In this document: positions 7,931 to 17,758 of the stretch, piece after piece
Layout of the letters: each line of letters starts with the position of its first letter
How positions within the stretch are numbered: position 1 is the stretch's first letter
NCBI GenBank assembly: GCA_046590195.1
Contig: JBKJTP010000102.1
Coordinates: forward strand, 1 to 40,972
Length of the DNA stretch: 40,972 nt
Origin: Candidatus Kapaibacterium sp.
Lineage (GTDB): Bacteria > Bacteroidota > Ignavibacteria > Palsa-1295
Direction: 5' to 3'
Translations under genes and position numbers: made by a program
Notes under the pieces: model-generated
What the model saw: only the letters and a program-made list of their open reading frames with translations
What the model was told of the DNA's origin: nothing
Databases searched by the model: none

Positions 7931-10120
7931 ATGAATCACGCTGATCATAGTCATCACAACCGGCACGATCCTAAACCTCACCATTTGGATATGCCAGGCA
8001 AGCCCGAACCGGTTGGGCAGGACCCATTGGATGAGACGCTGGGCACTGATAGCGAGCACAAGCCTCATGTTGATGCTCATGCTCAAGCAGATCACTCGGC
8101 GCATGTCCATGATATGCATGCAGGACACAGTTCTGACGAGCATGCAGGACACAGTTCTGATAAGCACGCTGGACATAGTCCCGAGCTTTTCAAGCAAAAA
8201 TTCTGGACGAGTCTCGCTCTGACAATCCCGATCCTATTCTTTGATCATCACATTCAAGCTGCGATAGGCCTCAGAGGAATCGACTTTCAAGGCTCTGAAT
8301 TCATAACTCCAGTACTGTCTGTGATCCTTTTCATTTATGGAGGATCAGCATTCCTGCTCAGTGCCCGACACGAGTTAGCGAATCGCCAGCCTGGTATGAT
8401 GACGCTGATCTCGCTAGCCATCTCGGTTGCGTTCCTGTACAGCGTTGCCGTTAGCTTCGAAATGATAGGAGGGATGCCGCTCTATTGGGAGCTAGCTACT
8501 CTGATCGACATCATGCTACTCGGCCACTGGATCGAGATGTCATCGATACAGGGAGCAGGTAAGGCACTGGAACATCTCGCATCTCTTGTGCCGAATACAG
8601 CGCACGTTGTTCATGGACAGGCTATTCATAACATGGAAGTGAAAGCTGTGCGTCCTGGGGATCGAGTGCTTGTGCGTCCGGGTGAACAAGTACCACTTGA
8701 TGGCAAGATCGTGGAAGGTAAATCTAGCTTTAACGAGTCATTTCTTACCGGCGAGTCAAAACCTGTCCAGAAAGTCGAAGGTGATGAGGTACTGGCAGGC
8801 TCAGTAAATGGTGAGGGGGCAGTGACATTTGAGGTGTCCAGAACCGGGAGTAACACGACTCTCAATCAGATACAGAGACTGGTTGACGAAGCACAAAAGT
8901 CTCGGAGCAAATTCCAGAACCTTGCGGATCGTGCTGCATCGTGGCTGACATATATCGCCGTCGGTTCAGGCCTGATCACGTTGCTTGCATGGCTCATAGG
9001 AGGAGCGACGCCGGATTTCGCTATCATCCGAACTGTTGCCGTTCTTGTGATGGCATGTCCGCACGCACTCGGACTAGCGATCCCGCTGGTGATCGTGAAC
9101 GCCACATCGTTAGCTGCAAGGCATGGAATCCTGGTCCGAAATCGTGAGGCCTTTGAACGCGCACGGGACATTAAGCAAGTAGCGTTTGATAAGACTGGCA
9201 CGCTAACAGAAGGCGCATTTGGGCTGGTGGATATCAGCACATTAATTGATCGCCACGAGGCTCTTAGGCTCGCAGGTTCCCTGGAGGCGAGATCTGAACA
9301 TCCGCTGGCTCGGGCGATTGCAGCGTCAGCCATAGAAGTTAAAGCCAATCTTTCAACACCTTCTGATTTCAAAGTCGATGCAGGACGAGGTGTCGAAGGT
9401 GAGCTTGAAGGAAGACGCTACTACATTGGCAGTCTAAACTGGCTCCAGGAGCGGAAGATCAAGATTGGAAACGACTCATTGGAGTTTATTCGAGACTCAG
9501 AAAGCAAGGGCTACACAACAATAGTACTCTTTGATGACCACTCCGCCTTAGCCACATTTTCGCTTGGTGATAAGATCAAGTCGGACGCCAAGCTCGCAAT
9601 TCAGACACTACAATCACGAGGCATCGAGCCTGTGATGATCACGGGAGACTCTGAAACGGTAGCTAATAGTGTGGCCAGAGAACTTGGGATAAGATCAGTG
9701 CGTGCACGAGTCCTGCCTCAAGACAAAGCAGCAATTGTCAAAGAACTGAGCAAACAAGGAGCCGTTGCCTTTGTCGGAGATGGCGTCAACGATGCCCCGG
9801 CCCTTCTAGAGGCCGATCTGGGAGTGGCAATCGGTGCAGGTACCAATGTCGCTATTGAGTCTGCTGACCTCGTATTGATCAATAGCCGACCGTCCGATGT
9901 GGTGAATGCGATCCTGCTCTCAGGGATGACATATCGAAAGATGATTCAGAACCTACTCTGGGCAACGGGCTACAACGCGATTGCTTTGCCTCTAGCGGCT
10001 GGCGTTGCCATCCCGCTCGGCATTGTAGTCTCTCCTGCCATCGGTGCTGCATTCATGAGCGCATCGACGGTCATTGTCGCTCTAAATGCCCTTTCGCTCA
10101 AACGGACCAAGTTGATATGA
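7931..10120 (+). CDS. copB: P1B-3 (CopB-type) copper-exporting ATPase
   Basis: His-rich N-terminus, TGES, CPHALGL, DKTGTLT, SEHP, GDGVNDAP, YN and MSAST; ATG at 7931 preferred. Confidence 0.93.
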   Translation: MNHADHSHHNRHDPKPHHLDMPGKPEPVGQDPLDETLGTDSEHKPHVDAHAQADHSAHVHDMHAGHSSDEHAGHSSDKHAGHSPELFKQKFWTSLALTIPILFFDHHIQAAIGLRGIDFQGSEFITPVLSVILFIYGGSAFLLSARHELANRQPGMMTLISLAISVAFLYSVAVSFEMIGGMPLYWELATLIDIMLLGHWIEMSSIQGAGKALEHLASLVPNTAHVVHGQAIHNMEVKAVRPGDRVLVRPGEQVPLDGKIVEGKSSFNESFLTGESKPVQKVEGDEVLAGSVNGEGAVTFEVSRTGSNTTLNQIQRLVDEAQKSRSKFQNLADRAASWLTYIAVGSGLITLLAWLIGGATPDFAIIRTVAVLVMACPHALGLAIPLVIVNATSLAARHGILVRNREAFERARDIKQVAFDKTGTLTEGAFGLVDISTLIDRHEALRLAGSLEARSEHPLARAIAASAIEVKANLSTPSDFKVDAGRGVEGELEGRRYYIGSLNWLQERKIKIGNDSLEFIRDSESKGYTTIVLFDDHSALATFSLGDKIKSDAKLAIQTLQSRGIEPVMITGDSETVANSVARELGIRSVRARVLPQDKAAIVKELSKQGAVAFVGDGVNDAPALLEADLGVAIGAGTNVAIESADLVLINSRPSDVVNAILLSGMTYRKMIQNLLWATGYNAIALPLAAGVAIPLGIVVSPAIGAAFMSASTVIVALNALSLKRTKLI
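8117..8185 (+). repeat. 24-bp coding tandem repeat (HAGHSSDE/HAGHSSDK/HAGHSPE)
   Basis: catgcaggacacagttctgacgag, catgcaggacacagttctgataag, cacgctggacatagtcccgag. Confidence 0.9.
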
Positions 10121-10262
10121 CCAAATTGTCTAAGCGTGTAACTTTGTTGCCTCAGATGCATTAGATTGTGTCAGGCTTCAATCGTGAAGTGGCTTCCCTT
10201 GAAGCTTCTTCGTTTTGAGCAGTTGTAACTCCTTAATCGTGATTCGAAATCACCACTTCTTT

Positions 10263-11756
10263 ATGCGTCAGTTTCTATCACTATTGTTGCTTTTCGTTGC
10301 GACAGATGTCTTTGGACAGGAATTCTCGATGCCGGTAGCATTGGACGTAGGTTCTCAGGCACAAAGTAGGTCACCAGAGGTCCATTCCACAAGAGGTAAG
10401 GTGTACGTGGCCTATTTCGAAGGAGTTCTTAACATTCGATTCAGACGGTCCACCGACGGAGGTATCTCCTTTGGTACCCCTAGCCTTGTCGTTGAGGGCT
10501 TGAGCAGCAACCATTATAACATGATGTTGCAGCGCGCCCCTAAGTTCGTCGTTGATCCATCTGGACTGATACATCTCACGTGGACAGAAGATAGACACAT
10601 GATGCAAGGAGATGTTTGGTATGTGCGGTCCACTGATGACGGAAGTACCTGGACTCAACCAGTATCACTCTCGGGTAGTGGTGACTCAATGAAGTACGCT
10701 CAGGACTTTGCTTCAATCGCCTCCGATTCATCCGGAAATCTCTACGTGTCTTTTCTGGATTTTCGAGATCGGGTTCGAGGGCTCAGTGACTATACTCAAC
10801 TTTACCTTACGAAATCAACGGACAAAGGCTTGACGTGGTCTGAGCCGAAGCGAATCAGTTACTACACCTCGGGAGATGGGGGAACCTGTGAGTGCTGCAA
10901 ACAGGAGATCGCTGCAAGCAAAGAAGGTAAGGTTTATGTAGCCTATCGCTCCAATATTGATAACATCCGAAACATTTACATGGTAAGGTCGCTCGATCAG
11001 GGTTCGACGTGGAAGACGGCCGAAAGGGTACAAGACGGAGATTGGGAGCTTATGGCATGCCCTACACAAGGACCGAATGTCGCTCTTGATCCCGATGGAA
11101 ATCTACATATGACTTGGCGTGACGCCAGGAACAAGGATGGCAATCCGATAGGCAACCGGGTCTTCTATGATGTTTTTGACGATGGGACGGAGACGTCATT
11201 CCCAGATCGCGAAGTTACACCTATCAATGAAAACGGTAGCTGGCCAGCAATTACAATGGTAGAAGAGGCCAGCGGAATGTGGTATCCCGAGATCTACTAT
11301 CAGAGTAGCGGCATGAACGGAGCGATCAAGGTCAGACGATTCAATGGTGCCTCCTTTACTCCAGCCGAATCTATCGTTGATCGGAATTCCAGCTCAGAGC
11401 TTGTGAGCGTCACGGTTGACCAATCGAATAGAGTGCATGCCGTGTGGCAGGAGAGCGAGACCGGCTCGACAGATAAGGGAGACATCTATTATTCTCGATC
11501 TTCAATCGCCGCAGGTGTATCTCCGGCTGGGTCCCTTGAATATTTCATAGGCGTTAAGAATAACGTTCTAAAGTTTGATCATCAGACTAACAGGAGTTAC
11601 GAATTTACAATCTATGATATTTTGGGCAGGTCAACTATGAGAGGTACTATCTCTTCAGATCAAGAAATTGCGCTCAATGTGTTGCCAGCTGGCTTCTATA
11701 TGATCAAGCTGAATAGTGATGGACTTGAGAGCATCTCAAAGTTTACTATTAGGTAG
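10263..11756 (+). CDS. Secreted BNR/Asp-box beta-propeller with CECC and CPxxGP motifs and T9SS-like C-terminal domain
   Basis: Signal peptide; Asp-boxes STDGGISF, STDDGSTW, STDKGLTW, SLDQGSTW; TCECCK; MACPTQGP; IYDILGR...AGFYMIK. Confidence 0.8.
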   Translation: MRQFLSLLLLFVATDVFGQEFSMPVALDVGSQAQSRSPEVHSTRGKVYVAYFEGVLNIRFRRSTDGGISFGTPSLVVEGLSSNHYNMMLQRAPKFVVDPSGLIHLTWTEDRHMMQGDVWYVRSTDDGSTWTQPVSLSGSGDSMKYAQDFASIASDSSGNLYVSFLDFRDRVRGLSDYTQLYLTKSTDKGLTWSEPKRISYYTSGDGGTCECCKQEIAASKEGKVYVAYRSNIDNIRNIYMVRSLDQGSTWKTAERVQDGDWELMACPTQGPNVALDPDGNLHMTWRDARNKDGNPIGNRVFYDVFDDGTETSFPDREVTPINENGSWPAITMVEEASGMWYPEIYYQSSGMNGAIKVRRFNGASFTPAESIVDRNSSSELVSVTVDQSNRVHAVWQESETGSTDKGDIYYSRSSIAAGVSPAGSLEYFIGVKNNVLKFDHQTNRSYEFTIYDILGRSTMRGTISSDQEIALNVLPAGFYMIKLNSDGLESISKFTIR

Positions 11757-11777
11757 GCTTGTCTAATCGATTGACAT

Positions 11778-11805
11778 AAAAGGCTGTCTTGGACAGCCTT
11801 TTTTT
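11778..11805 (+). terminator. Rho-independent terminator
   Basis: aaaaggctgtc-ttg-gacagcc followed by a T run. Confidence 0.85.
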
Positions 11806-11813
11806 GTTCAGAA

Positions 11814-11846
11814 ACTGTAACCGGAGGAGATTTGGTGGCGTCATAG
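11814..11846 (+). promoter_or_regulatory. Putative ECF-sigma promoter ACTGTAACC-N16-CGTCATAG (copy 2)
   Basis: Same boxes and spacing as 7036-7068; lies between a terminator and copA. Confidence 0.8.
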
Positions 11847-11861
11847 GGGAAATTGATCCGT

Positions 11862-14132
11862 ATGATTCAAACTAAAATAAATAATACTGCGTCCCGGCAA
11901 TTGCCATCCGACGCTTCTACGATAGTCGTCGAAGGGATGACTTGCGCCTCATGCGGCCGCCATGTGGAGAAGTCACTTAGCAAAGTGCCTGGTGTCCTGA
12001 AGGCCAGTGTCAACCTCGCGACCAATAAAGCATCCGTACAACACGATCCATCCGTTCAACGGGAGGCTCTCTATCGAGCGATAGAACATGCAGGCTATCA
12101 TCCTGTCACTGAGGGCGAACCTCAGCAGAGTGCGAGCAGCTTGCACAAGAATCCATTTAAAAAGCCGCTGATCTTAGCAGCCCTGCTTACGCTGCCGATC
12201 TTTCTGCTCGAGATGATACCAATGATCATCCCTGCGGTCGGACAGTGGCTCTACGGTGTGCTGGATCATTCTACAAGCTCTACGATGGTATTCTTGCTTG
12301 CTACTGCGATCCAGTTCGGGCCGGCAAAGCTGTTCTATTCAGCTGGTTGGAGAGGGTTGATCCATGGCAGCCCGAACATGAATACCCTTGTCATGCTCGG
12401 AACAAGCGCGGCTTATGGTTACTCGGTTGTGCTGATGTTCTTCCCAACATGGTTACCAAACACTGGTGGCCACGGATACTTCGAGGCGGCCTCGATGGTG
12501 ATCACGCTGGTATTGCTAGGAAAGCACCTGGAGCACCTCGCAAAGTCGCGCACATCAAGTGCGATCCAGAAGCTCATCGCGCTTCAACCTCGAACAGCGA
12601 AGGTCGTGCTCGATGGCAAAGAGAGTGAAGTCCCCGTGGAGTCAGTAAAGGTGGGCGATCACGTGAGGATACGTGCTGGTGACCGAGTACCACTTGATGG
12701 AGAGATCGTTGGAGGAATGTCATTTCTAGACGAGTCGATGATCTCGGGCGAGTCGCTCCCGGTTGAGCGAAGCGTGGGGGATCCAGTGATCGGTGGTACA
12801 CAGAATTTGAGCGGCAGCTTCGTCTTTGAGGTGAAACAGGTTGGTACCGAGACGGTGCTTTCGAAGATCGTCAAAATGGTTGAGGACGCTCAAGGCAGCA
12901 AGCCGGCCATCCAAGCGCTTGCCGACAAAGTGATAGCTGTGTTCGTCCCGATCGTGCTAGGCCTGGCATTGGTGACATTTCTCGCATGGCTCCTCTTTGG
13001 ATCAGGCACAGCGAGTAACTTTGCGATCGGCGCTGCTGTGGCGGTGCTGATCATTGCATGCCCGTGTGCGATGGGACTTGCAACTCCGACATCCATCATG
13101 GTATCAACTGGCCGAGGAGCTGAACTCGGAACGCTGTTTCGCAACCCAGAAGCCTTGGAAACATTGGCCCACGTCGATGTCTTCGCCTTCGACAAGACCG
13201 GCACTTTGACGCTGGGCAAACCCGAGCTTACCGATCTACAAGTGGCCGATGGGAATGATGAAGAGTTGGTGCTCCAAGTATTAGGCTCGCTGGAAACGCA
13301 TTCAAATCATCCTGTTGCGCAAGCCGTAGTCAGAGCTGTACTGGAGTCAGGCACTGAGATCGTGGAGGTCGAGCAATTTCAAGAGATTGCGGGACGAGGG
13401 GTTTCCGGCAAAGTTGGAGCAATGGTATACTATGTTGGCTCGCACTCGTGGATGACGGAGCTTGGTCTTTCGACCGATGGGCTCGATCAGCCGTATCTAC
13501 GCTTTGCAGAAAAGGGCATGAGCACTGCGTTCCTGGCTAGCTCCGAGCGTTTGCTTGCGGTCCTTGCCGTGGCTGATGTTGTCAAGGAGTCTTCGGCGAT
13601 CGCTATTGAGCGACTGAAAAACGAAGGCAAAGAAGTTGTGATGATCACAGGAGACGATGAGCGTGTAGCTCGGGCGATCGCGCGCTCGATCGGGATCAGT
13701 AATGTGATCGCTGAGGTCTTACCTCAGGATAAGGCTAACATCGTGAAGGAATTACAGCGAGGAGGCAGGAAGGTTGCATTCATAGGCGACGGGATCAACG
13801 ATGCTCCTGCACTTGCCCAGGCCGATGTAGGAATAGCGATGGGTACCGGCAGCGACATAGCGATCGAAACTGGTGACGTGATCTTGATGAATGGCGATGT
13901 TACTTCAGTCTCAAAGGCAGCGAACTTGTCTCGGCTTACGATCAAGAACATCAAGCAGAACCTGTTCTGGGCGTTTGCCTATAATGTTCTGTTGATACCT
14001 GTGGCGGCCGGCGTTCTCTACCCATCGTTTGGGATCACGCTAAGCCCTGCGCTTGCGGCAGCTGCCATGGGGATATCCAGCATCTTTGTACTAGGAAATT
14101 CCCTCAGACTCAAGAAGGTCGCATTGGGCTAA
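11862..14132 (+). CDS. copA: P1B-1 Cu(I)-exporting ATPase
   Basis: GMTCASC HMA domain, YFEA, CPCAMGLATP, DKTGTLT, GDGINDAP, YN, MGISS. Confidence 0.95.
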   Translation: MIQTKINNTASRQLPSDASTIVVEGMTCASCGRHVEKSLSKVPGVLKASVNLATNKASVQHDPSVQREALYRAIEHAGYHPVTEGEPQQSASSLHKNPFKKPLILAALLTLPIFLLEMIPMIIPAVGQWLYGVLDHSTSSTMVFLLATAIQFGPAKLFYSAGWRGLIHGSPNMNTLVMLGTSAAYGYSVVLMFFPTWLPNTGGHGYFEAASMVITLVLLGKHLEHLAKSRTSSAIQKLIALQPRTAKVVLDGKESEVPVESVKVGDHVRIRAGDRVPLDGEIVGGMSFLDESMISGESLPVERSVGDPVIGGTQNLSGSFVFEVKQVGTETVLSKIVKMVEDAQGSKPAIQALADKVIAVFVPIVLGLALVTFLAWLLFGSGTASNFAIGAAVAVLIIACPCAMGLATPTSIMVSTGRGAELGTLFRNPEALETLAHVDVFAFDKTGTLTLGKPELTDLQVADGNDEELVLQVLGSLETHSNHPVAQAVVRAVLESGTEIVEVEQFQEIAGRGVSGKVGAMVYYVGSHSWMTELGLSTDGLDQPYLRFAEKGMSTAFLASSERLLAVLAVADVVKESSAIAIERLKNEGKEVVMITGDDERVARAIARSIGISNVIAEVLPQDKANIVKELQRGGRKVAFIGDGINDAPALAQADVGIAMGTGSDIAIETGDVILMNGDVTSVSKAANLSRLTIKNIKQNLFWAFAYNVLLIPVAAGVLYPSFGITLSPALAAAAMGISSIFVLGNSLRLKKVALG

Positions 14133-14257
14133 TCGGCGGCTACGCACAGTACTTACGCACCGGATCGGGGGAGTTTAGTGCAGTTGTGGCCGCCCACGCT
14201 GCCTTGGATGAGTCGGAACTGCAACATTTCCCAACGCATTCGTAGAGTGATACACAC

Positions 14258-14647
14258 GTGAATAAGCTTTTCTCCATACTCCTTCTTTTCGCTGTCGCCC
14301 TTTCGAGCGTCGGCATGAGTGTCAATCAGCACTCATGCAAGATGTCGAAAGAGGAGATCGAGGCCAGTATGTGCGAGATGTGCTCAAAGGAAGACCAAGG
14401 CGAGCCACTGGAATCTCCACAGAATAGTAAGAAGTCCTGCTGTTCGAACAAGGCTGTTCACCTGCGTCTGGATACGGACGCCACCAGCACAAAGGCTCAA
14501 TTCACACCGCAGCCGATCATTTCCGAGCCACTCGTAGATATTCTCCTGGAATCGGCGTGGGTGAACGCAGAGGCTGATGGACCCACCCAGATCGAGGCTC
14601 TCCCCGCTTTCCCGCTCTCAGAGGAACACACCGTTCTAAGGGTGTAG
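14258..14647 (+). CDS. HYC_CC_PP/DUF2946-like small Cys/His-rich exported protein
   Basis: Hydrophobic N-terminus, HSC, CEMC, SCC, Pro-containing tail ending VLRV; first gene of the metal-efflux operon. Confidence 0.65.
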   Translation: MNKLFSILLLFAVALSSVGMSVNQHSCKMSKEEIEASMCEMCSKEDQGEPLESPQNSKKSCCSNKAVHLRLDTDATSTKAQFTPQPIISEPLVDILLESAWVNAEADGPTQIEALPAFPLSEEHTVLRV

Positions 14648-14781
14648 TACGCCCTTTTCCTTCGTAGCACATCCCTCGAATTGGGAGTTTCGGCTACCCC
14701 TGCTACCCCAACAACTTTATAGATGACGCCGTCCTTCAGGAAAGGCGCGTCCATTTGCATTCATCCTTTTATCTTAGTTCA

Positions 14782-15798
14782 ATGATCACACGATCTTCAA
14801 TTTTTGCGTGCGCAATACTAATTTCGCTTTCCCTTACGGCCTGTTCGAAGAGCGAGACCACCCACGCCGATCATAAAGATAGCAGCGGCCATGCTCATGA
14901 CGCAGTTCATACCCATGATGCAAGCCACCCTCACTATACCTGTCCGATGCATCCTGAGGTGGTCAGCGAAACACCGGGTATCTGCCCGAAGTGTAAGATG
15001 GATCTCGTCCTACAGGACAATGCACAGCAGGCAGGGTTGCACGATGCATCCAAGTTCAAGATGGATCTCGAGACCTTGCCAGCAGAGGTTGCGCCGGGTC
15101 AGCCGGCGATCCTGAAGTTCATGCCGAAGAACGCGGTTGATAACTCGATGCTCAAGGATCTTCAGATCGTACATGAGATGCCGATGCATTTGTTGATGGT
15201 ATCAAGCGACCTGAGCTGGTTTGCACATGAGCATCCAGAGGCGAAGCCTGATGGCTCGTATGAGTTAGCCTACAAATTCCCCCGCGCCGATAATTATCTG
15301 TTCTTTTCAGACGTGACCCCGCAGGGTGCAACGAAGAGCCAGGTCTTTAAGCTGGCGAAAACGGTGGGTGCTGCCGCGGAGTCAAAGCCGAACCTCGTAG
15401 CGAATGCAAGCTTTAAGGCAGAAGGGTATGAGTATCAGCTTGTCTCTGAACCCTCGAGCCTTGTGGCTGCGAAGTCGGCGACAGTTACGATCCGCGTGAG
15501 TAAGGGAGGCAAGCCAGTAACGAACATCGACAATTATCTTGGTGCGCTTGGCCACATGGTGATCATCAGTGAGGACAAGGAGGAGTTCTTGCATGCGCAC
15601 CCAGAGGATCACGCGCATACCGATGCCGAGAAAAAGGATCATGGACATAAGCACGAGGTCGTGACAGCGCCTGCTGCAAAGGGACCGAACGTCAGCTTCA
15701 TGACGCTCTTTCCAAAAGCCGGCAAGTACAAGGTATGGGCACAGTTCAATATCGATGGCAAGGTACGCACGGCAGAATTTGTCGTATCGGTAAGCTGA
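14782..15798 (+). CDS. Heavy-metal-binding lipoprotein
   Basis: Lipobox LTAC; His-rich linker; YTCPMHP...CPKCKMDL domain; two repeated domains with HEMPMH...HEHP and GHMV...HAHP. Confidence 0.85.
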   Translation: MITRSSIFACAILISLSLTACSKSETTHADHKDSSGHAHDAVHTHDASHPHYTCPMHPEVVSETPGICPKCKMDLVLQDNAQQAGLHDASKFKMDLETLPAEVAPGQPAILKFMPKNAVDNSMLKDLQIVHEMPMHLLMVSSDLSWFAHEHPEAKPDGSYELAYKFPRADNYLFFSDVTPQGATKSQVFKLAKTVGAAAESKPNLVANASFKAEGYEYQLVSEPSSLVAAKSATVTIRVSKGGKPVTNIDNYLGALGHMVIISEDKEEFLHAHPEDHAHTDAEKKDHGHKHEVVTAPAAKGPNVSFMTLFPKAGKYKVWAQFNIDGKVRTAEFVVSVS

Positions 15799-17081
15799 TG
15801 TTGAAAGTCGCTCTCATTGTCGCTTTCAGTCTCTTCGCTGTAAGTGTCCAGGCTCAGATCAGGACACTTACAGTCGAGGAAGCGATCATTCGCGCCCAAG
15901 ATCGTGCGCCGGAGAAGTTGCGGACCGAATCGCTCGAACGTCAAGCGCAAGCCGTTCGACAGAATGCTTCAAGGGCCTTTGACAAGCGACCTGAATTAGA
16001 GGTCGAGTATATCACTGAAGCTCCGTTCGGTGAACGCGACTACGAGTTGTCCGTGGGTATCTTGCAGGAGATACCGGTCTGGGGTGTGTCGGCTCGTCGT
16101 GGCGATGTCGCGAGCGCGCTTGAGAAGGCAAGTGTCGAGAGTCGCAACACTCTCAACAACGCGATTGCGCTTCGCACCAGGTTGCTCTACAATCGAGCAT
16201 GGTCTCTCTCGCAACAGATCGAGTTGGGTAACCGATTGATCGCTACGTCGAACAAACTAGCTGCCGCAACCGATAAGCGACTGTCGGTAGGCGATGTCTC
16301 TCGACTCGAGAGAAACGCTGTCGTGCTCGAGACGAATTCGATCAGGATCGAGCATGAGCAGGTACACAGCAACTACGAGCAAGCGATCGGTGAGCTCGAA
16401 GCATTGACCGGTCTTGAGTTAAACGACGTTGAGCTCACGCCCGACAGATCGAGCACGATCGCGATAGACAGCTTCACTGTAAATGCGCATCAACTCTCGC
16501 CGGAATGGATTAGACTTCGGAATCAGACCGATATCGCACGCGCACAGCTCGAGCTGGCTAAGGCAGAACGGTCAGGCAACCCGACGTTGGGGTTGCACTA
16601 TTCGGAAGATCTCCTCACGATCGGTGACGAGGACATCGCTTACGATCCAGGAGCTTCTCATACTATTGCAGGCATCACGTCGCGGGGTCGCTCCGCAGGA
16701 CTAAGTTTTTCGATGGAGCTTCCGATCACGATACCGGGATTGTGGGGTCCCAGTAATTCGGAGGTCATCGAGCGCGAGACTGAACTTCGCTTGCTTGAAG
16801 CCGATCTCCGGGAATTTGAGATGCAGCTTGCAGGCAGAGTTGCGAGGTTACGTCCGAAATTATCTAGGATCACCCGTTCGGTAGGCATTTATCAAGAGTC
16901 GGTCGATTTGATCAACGAGAATTACGAGCTGCTCGATCGAGGATATGAAGGTGGCGAGCTTTCAGTAACGGAGCTACTCGTTGGCAGACAGCAGTTGGTC
17001 GAATTACAAACAAGACAGCTTGAACTCTTGAAGGAAATGCAGGAGGCTGAGATAGAGCTACAAAGTATTATCGGCAGATGA
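15798..17081 (+). CDS. TolC-family outer-membrane efflux protein (CzcC/CusC-like)
   Basis: Signal peptide, helical repeats (VGDVSRLE, YEGGELSVTELL); TGATG coupling to the upstream gene. Confidence 0.85.
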   Translation: MLKVALIVAFSLFAVSVQAQIRTLTVEEAIIRAQDRAPEKLRTESLERQAQAVRQNASRAFDKRPELEVEYITEAPFGERDYELSVGILQEIPVWGVSARRGDVASALEKASVESRNTLNNAIALRTRLLYNRAWSLSQQIELGNRLIATSNKLAAATDKRLSVGDVSRLERNAVVLETNSIRIEHEQVHSNYEQAIGELEALTGLELNDVELTPDRSSTIAIDSFTVNAHQLSPEWIRLRNQTDIARAQLELAKAERSGNPTLGLHYSEDLLTIGDEDIAYDPGASHTIAGITSRGRSAGLSFSMELPITIPGLWGPSNSEVIERETELRLLEADLREFEMQLAGRVARLRPKLSRITRSVGIYQESVDLINENYELLDRGYEGGELSVTELLVGRQQLVELQTRQLELLKEMQEAEIELQSIIGR

Positions 17082-17758
17082 AAAACATTCTTTTAGTAAT
17101 TCTTCTCAGCATTGTAGGCGCATTCAGTACGAATGCGATCGCTGGTGGTGGCGATGATCACACGCATGGCGATGGAGCAGTCGCTGTTACAGCCTCTACC
17201 GCGAAGGACGGCCAACTGCGAATTGTCAGCTATCCTGGTGGTCTTGAAGTGTTCGTAAAGTATCCTGCACCGAAGCTCAATGAGCCGGTCATTGGACGAC
17301 TGTTCTTTGCGGACTATGCGACAAATCATCCGGTCGATCCGACGGGTATTGAGTTGTCGTTTCCGGGCGCATTCGGAGCGAAGGTGACGAAGCAACCTAC
17401 AAAGATCAGCGATGGAGTTTATGAGTTTGTCGCTCTCTTTGCCCGGGATACAGGCCACACTGCTTTATTGCGATACACGTACGGAGCTGCTGAGCAGCTC
17501 GCATCGCTCTCACCATTCTATGCAGGAGCATCGGCAACGAGAGCGATGTCAGCCACTGGAGGTAATTCGCTGGCTCAAGACGAGGACGGGATTTTCCCAA
17601 CCTGGATACTCATCCCGATCGCGATCGGTCTTGCACTTCTATTTTACGTGCTCTTCACGCGTCGGAGAAAACGTCTGCAATTTGTGAAGTCGCAATCGAG
17701 TGCATCGACTATTTCGAAAGCAAACGCATCCACCGTCACACAAACGATATCAAAGTGA
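17078..17758 (+). CDS. Hypothetical periplasm-facing protein with N-terminal DDHTH and C-terminal membrane anchor
   Basis: Signal peptide, GGGDDHTHGD, TM helix followed by RRRKR; overlaps both neighbours by 4 nt. Confidence 0.75.
   Translation: MKNILLVILLSIVGAFSTNAIAGGGDDHTHGDGAVAVTASTAKDGQLRIVSYPGGLEVFVKYPAPKLNEPVIGRLFFADYATNHPVDPTGIELSFPGAFGAKVTKQPTKISDGVYEFVALFARDTGHTALLRYTYGAAEQLASLSPFYAGASATRAMSATGGNSLAQDEDGIFPTWILIPIAIGLALLFYVLFTRRRKRLQFVKSQSSASTISKANASTVTQTISK

Noticed and set aside
10136-10146. TGTAAC upstream of the BNR gene (also on the minus strand near 4850) as sigma-regulon members
   Set aside because: No CGTC box at the right spacing; TAACTTTG fits the Bacteroidota housekeeping TAnnTTTG box better
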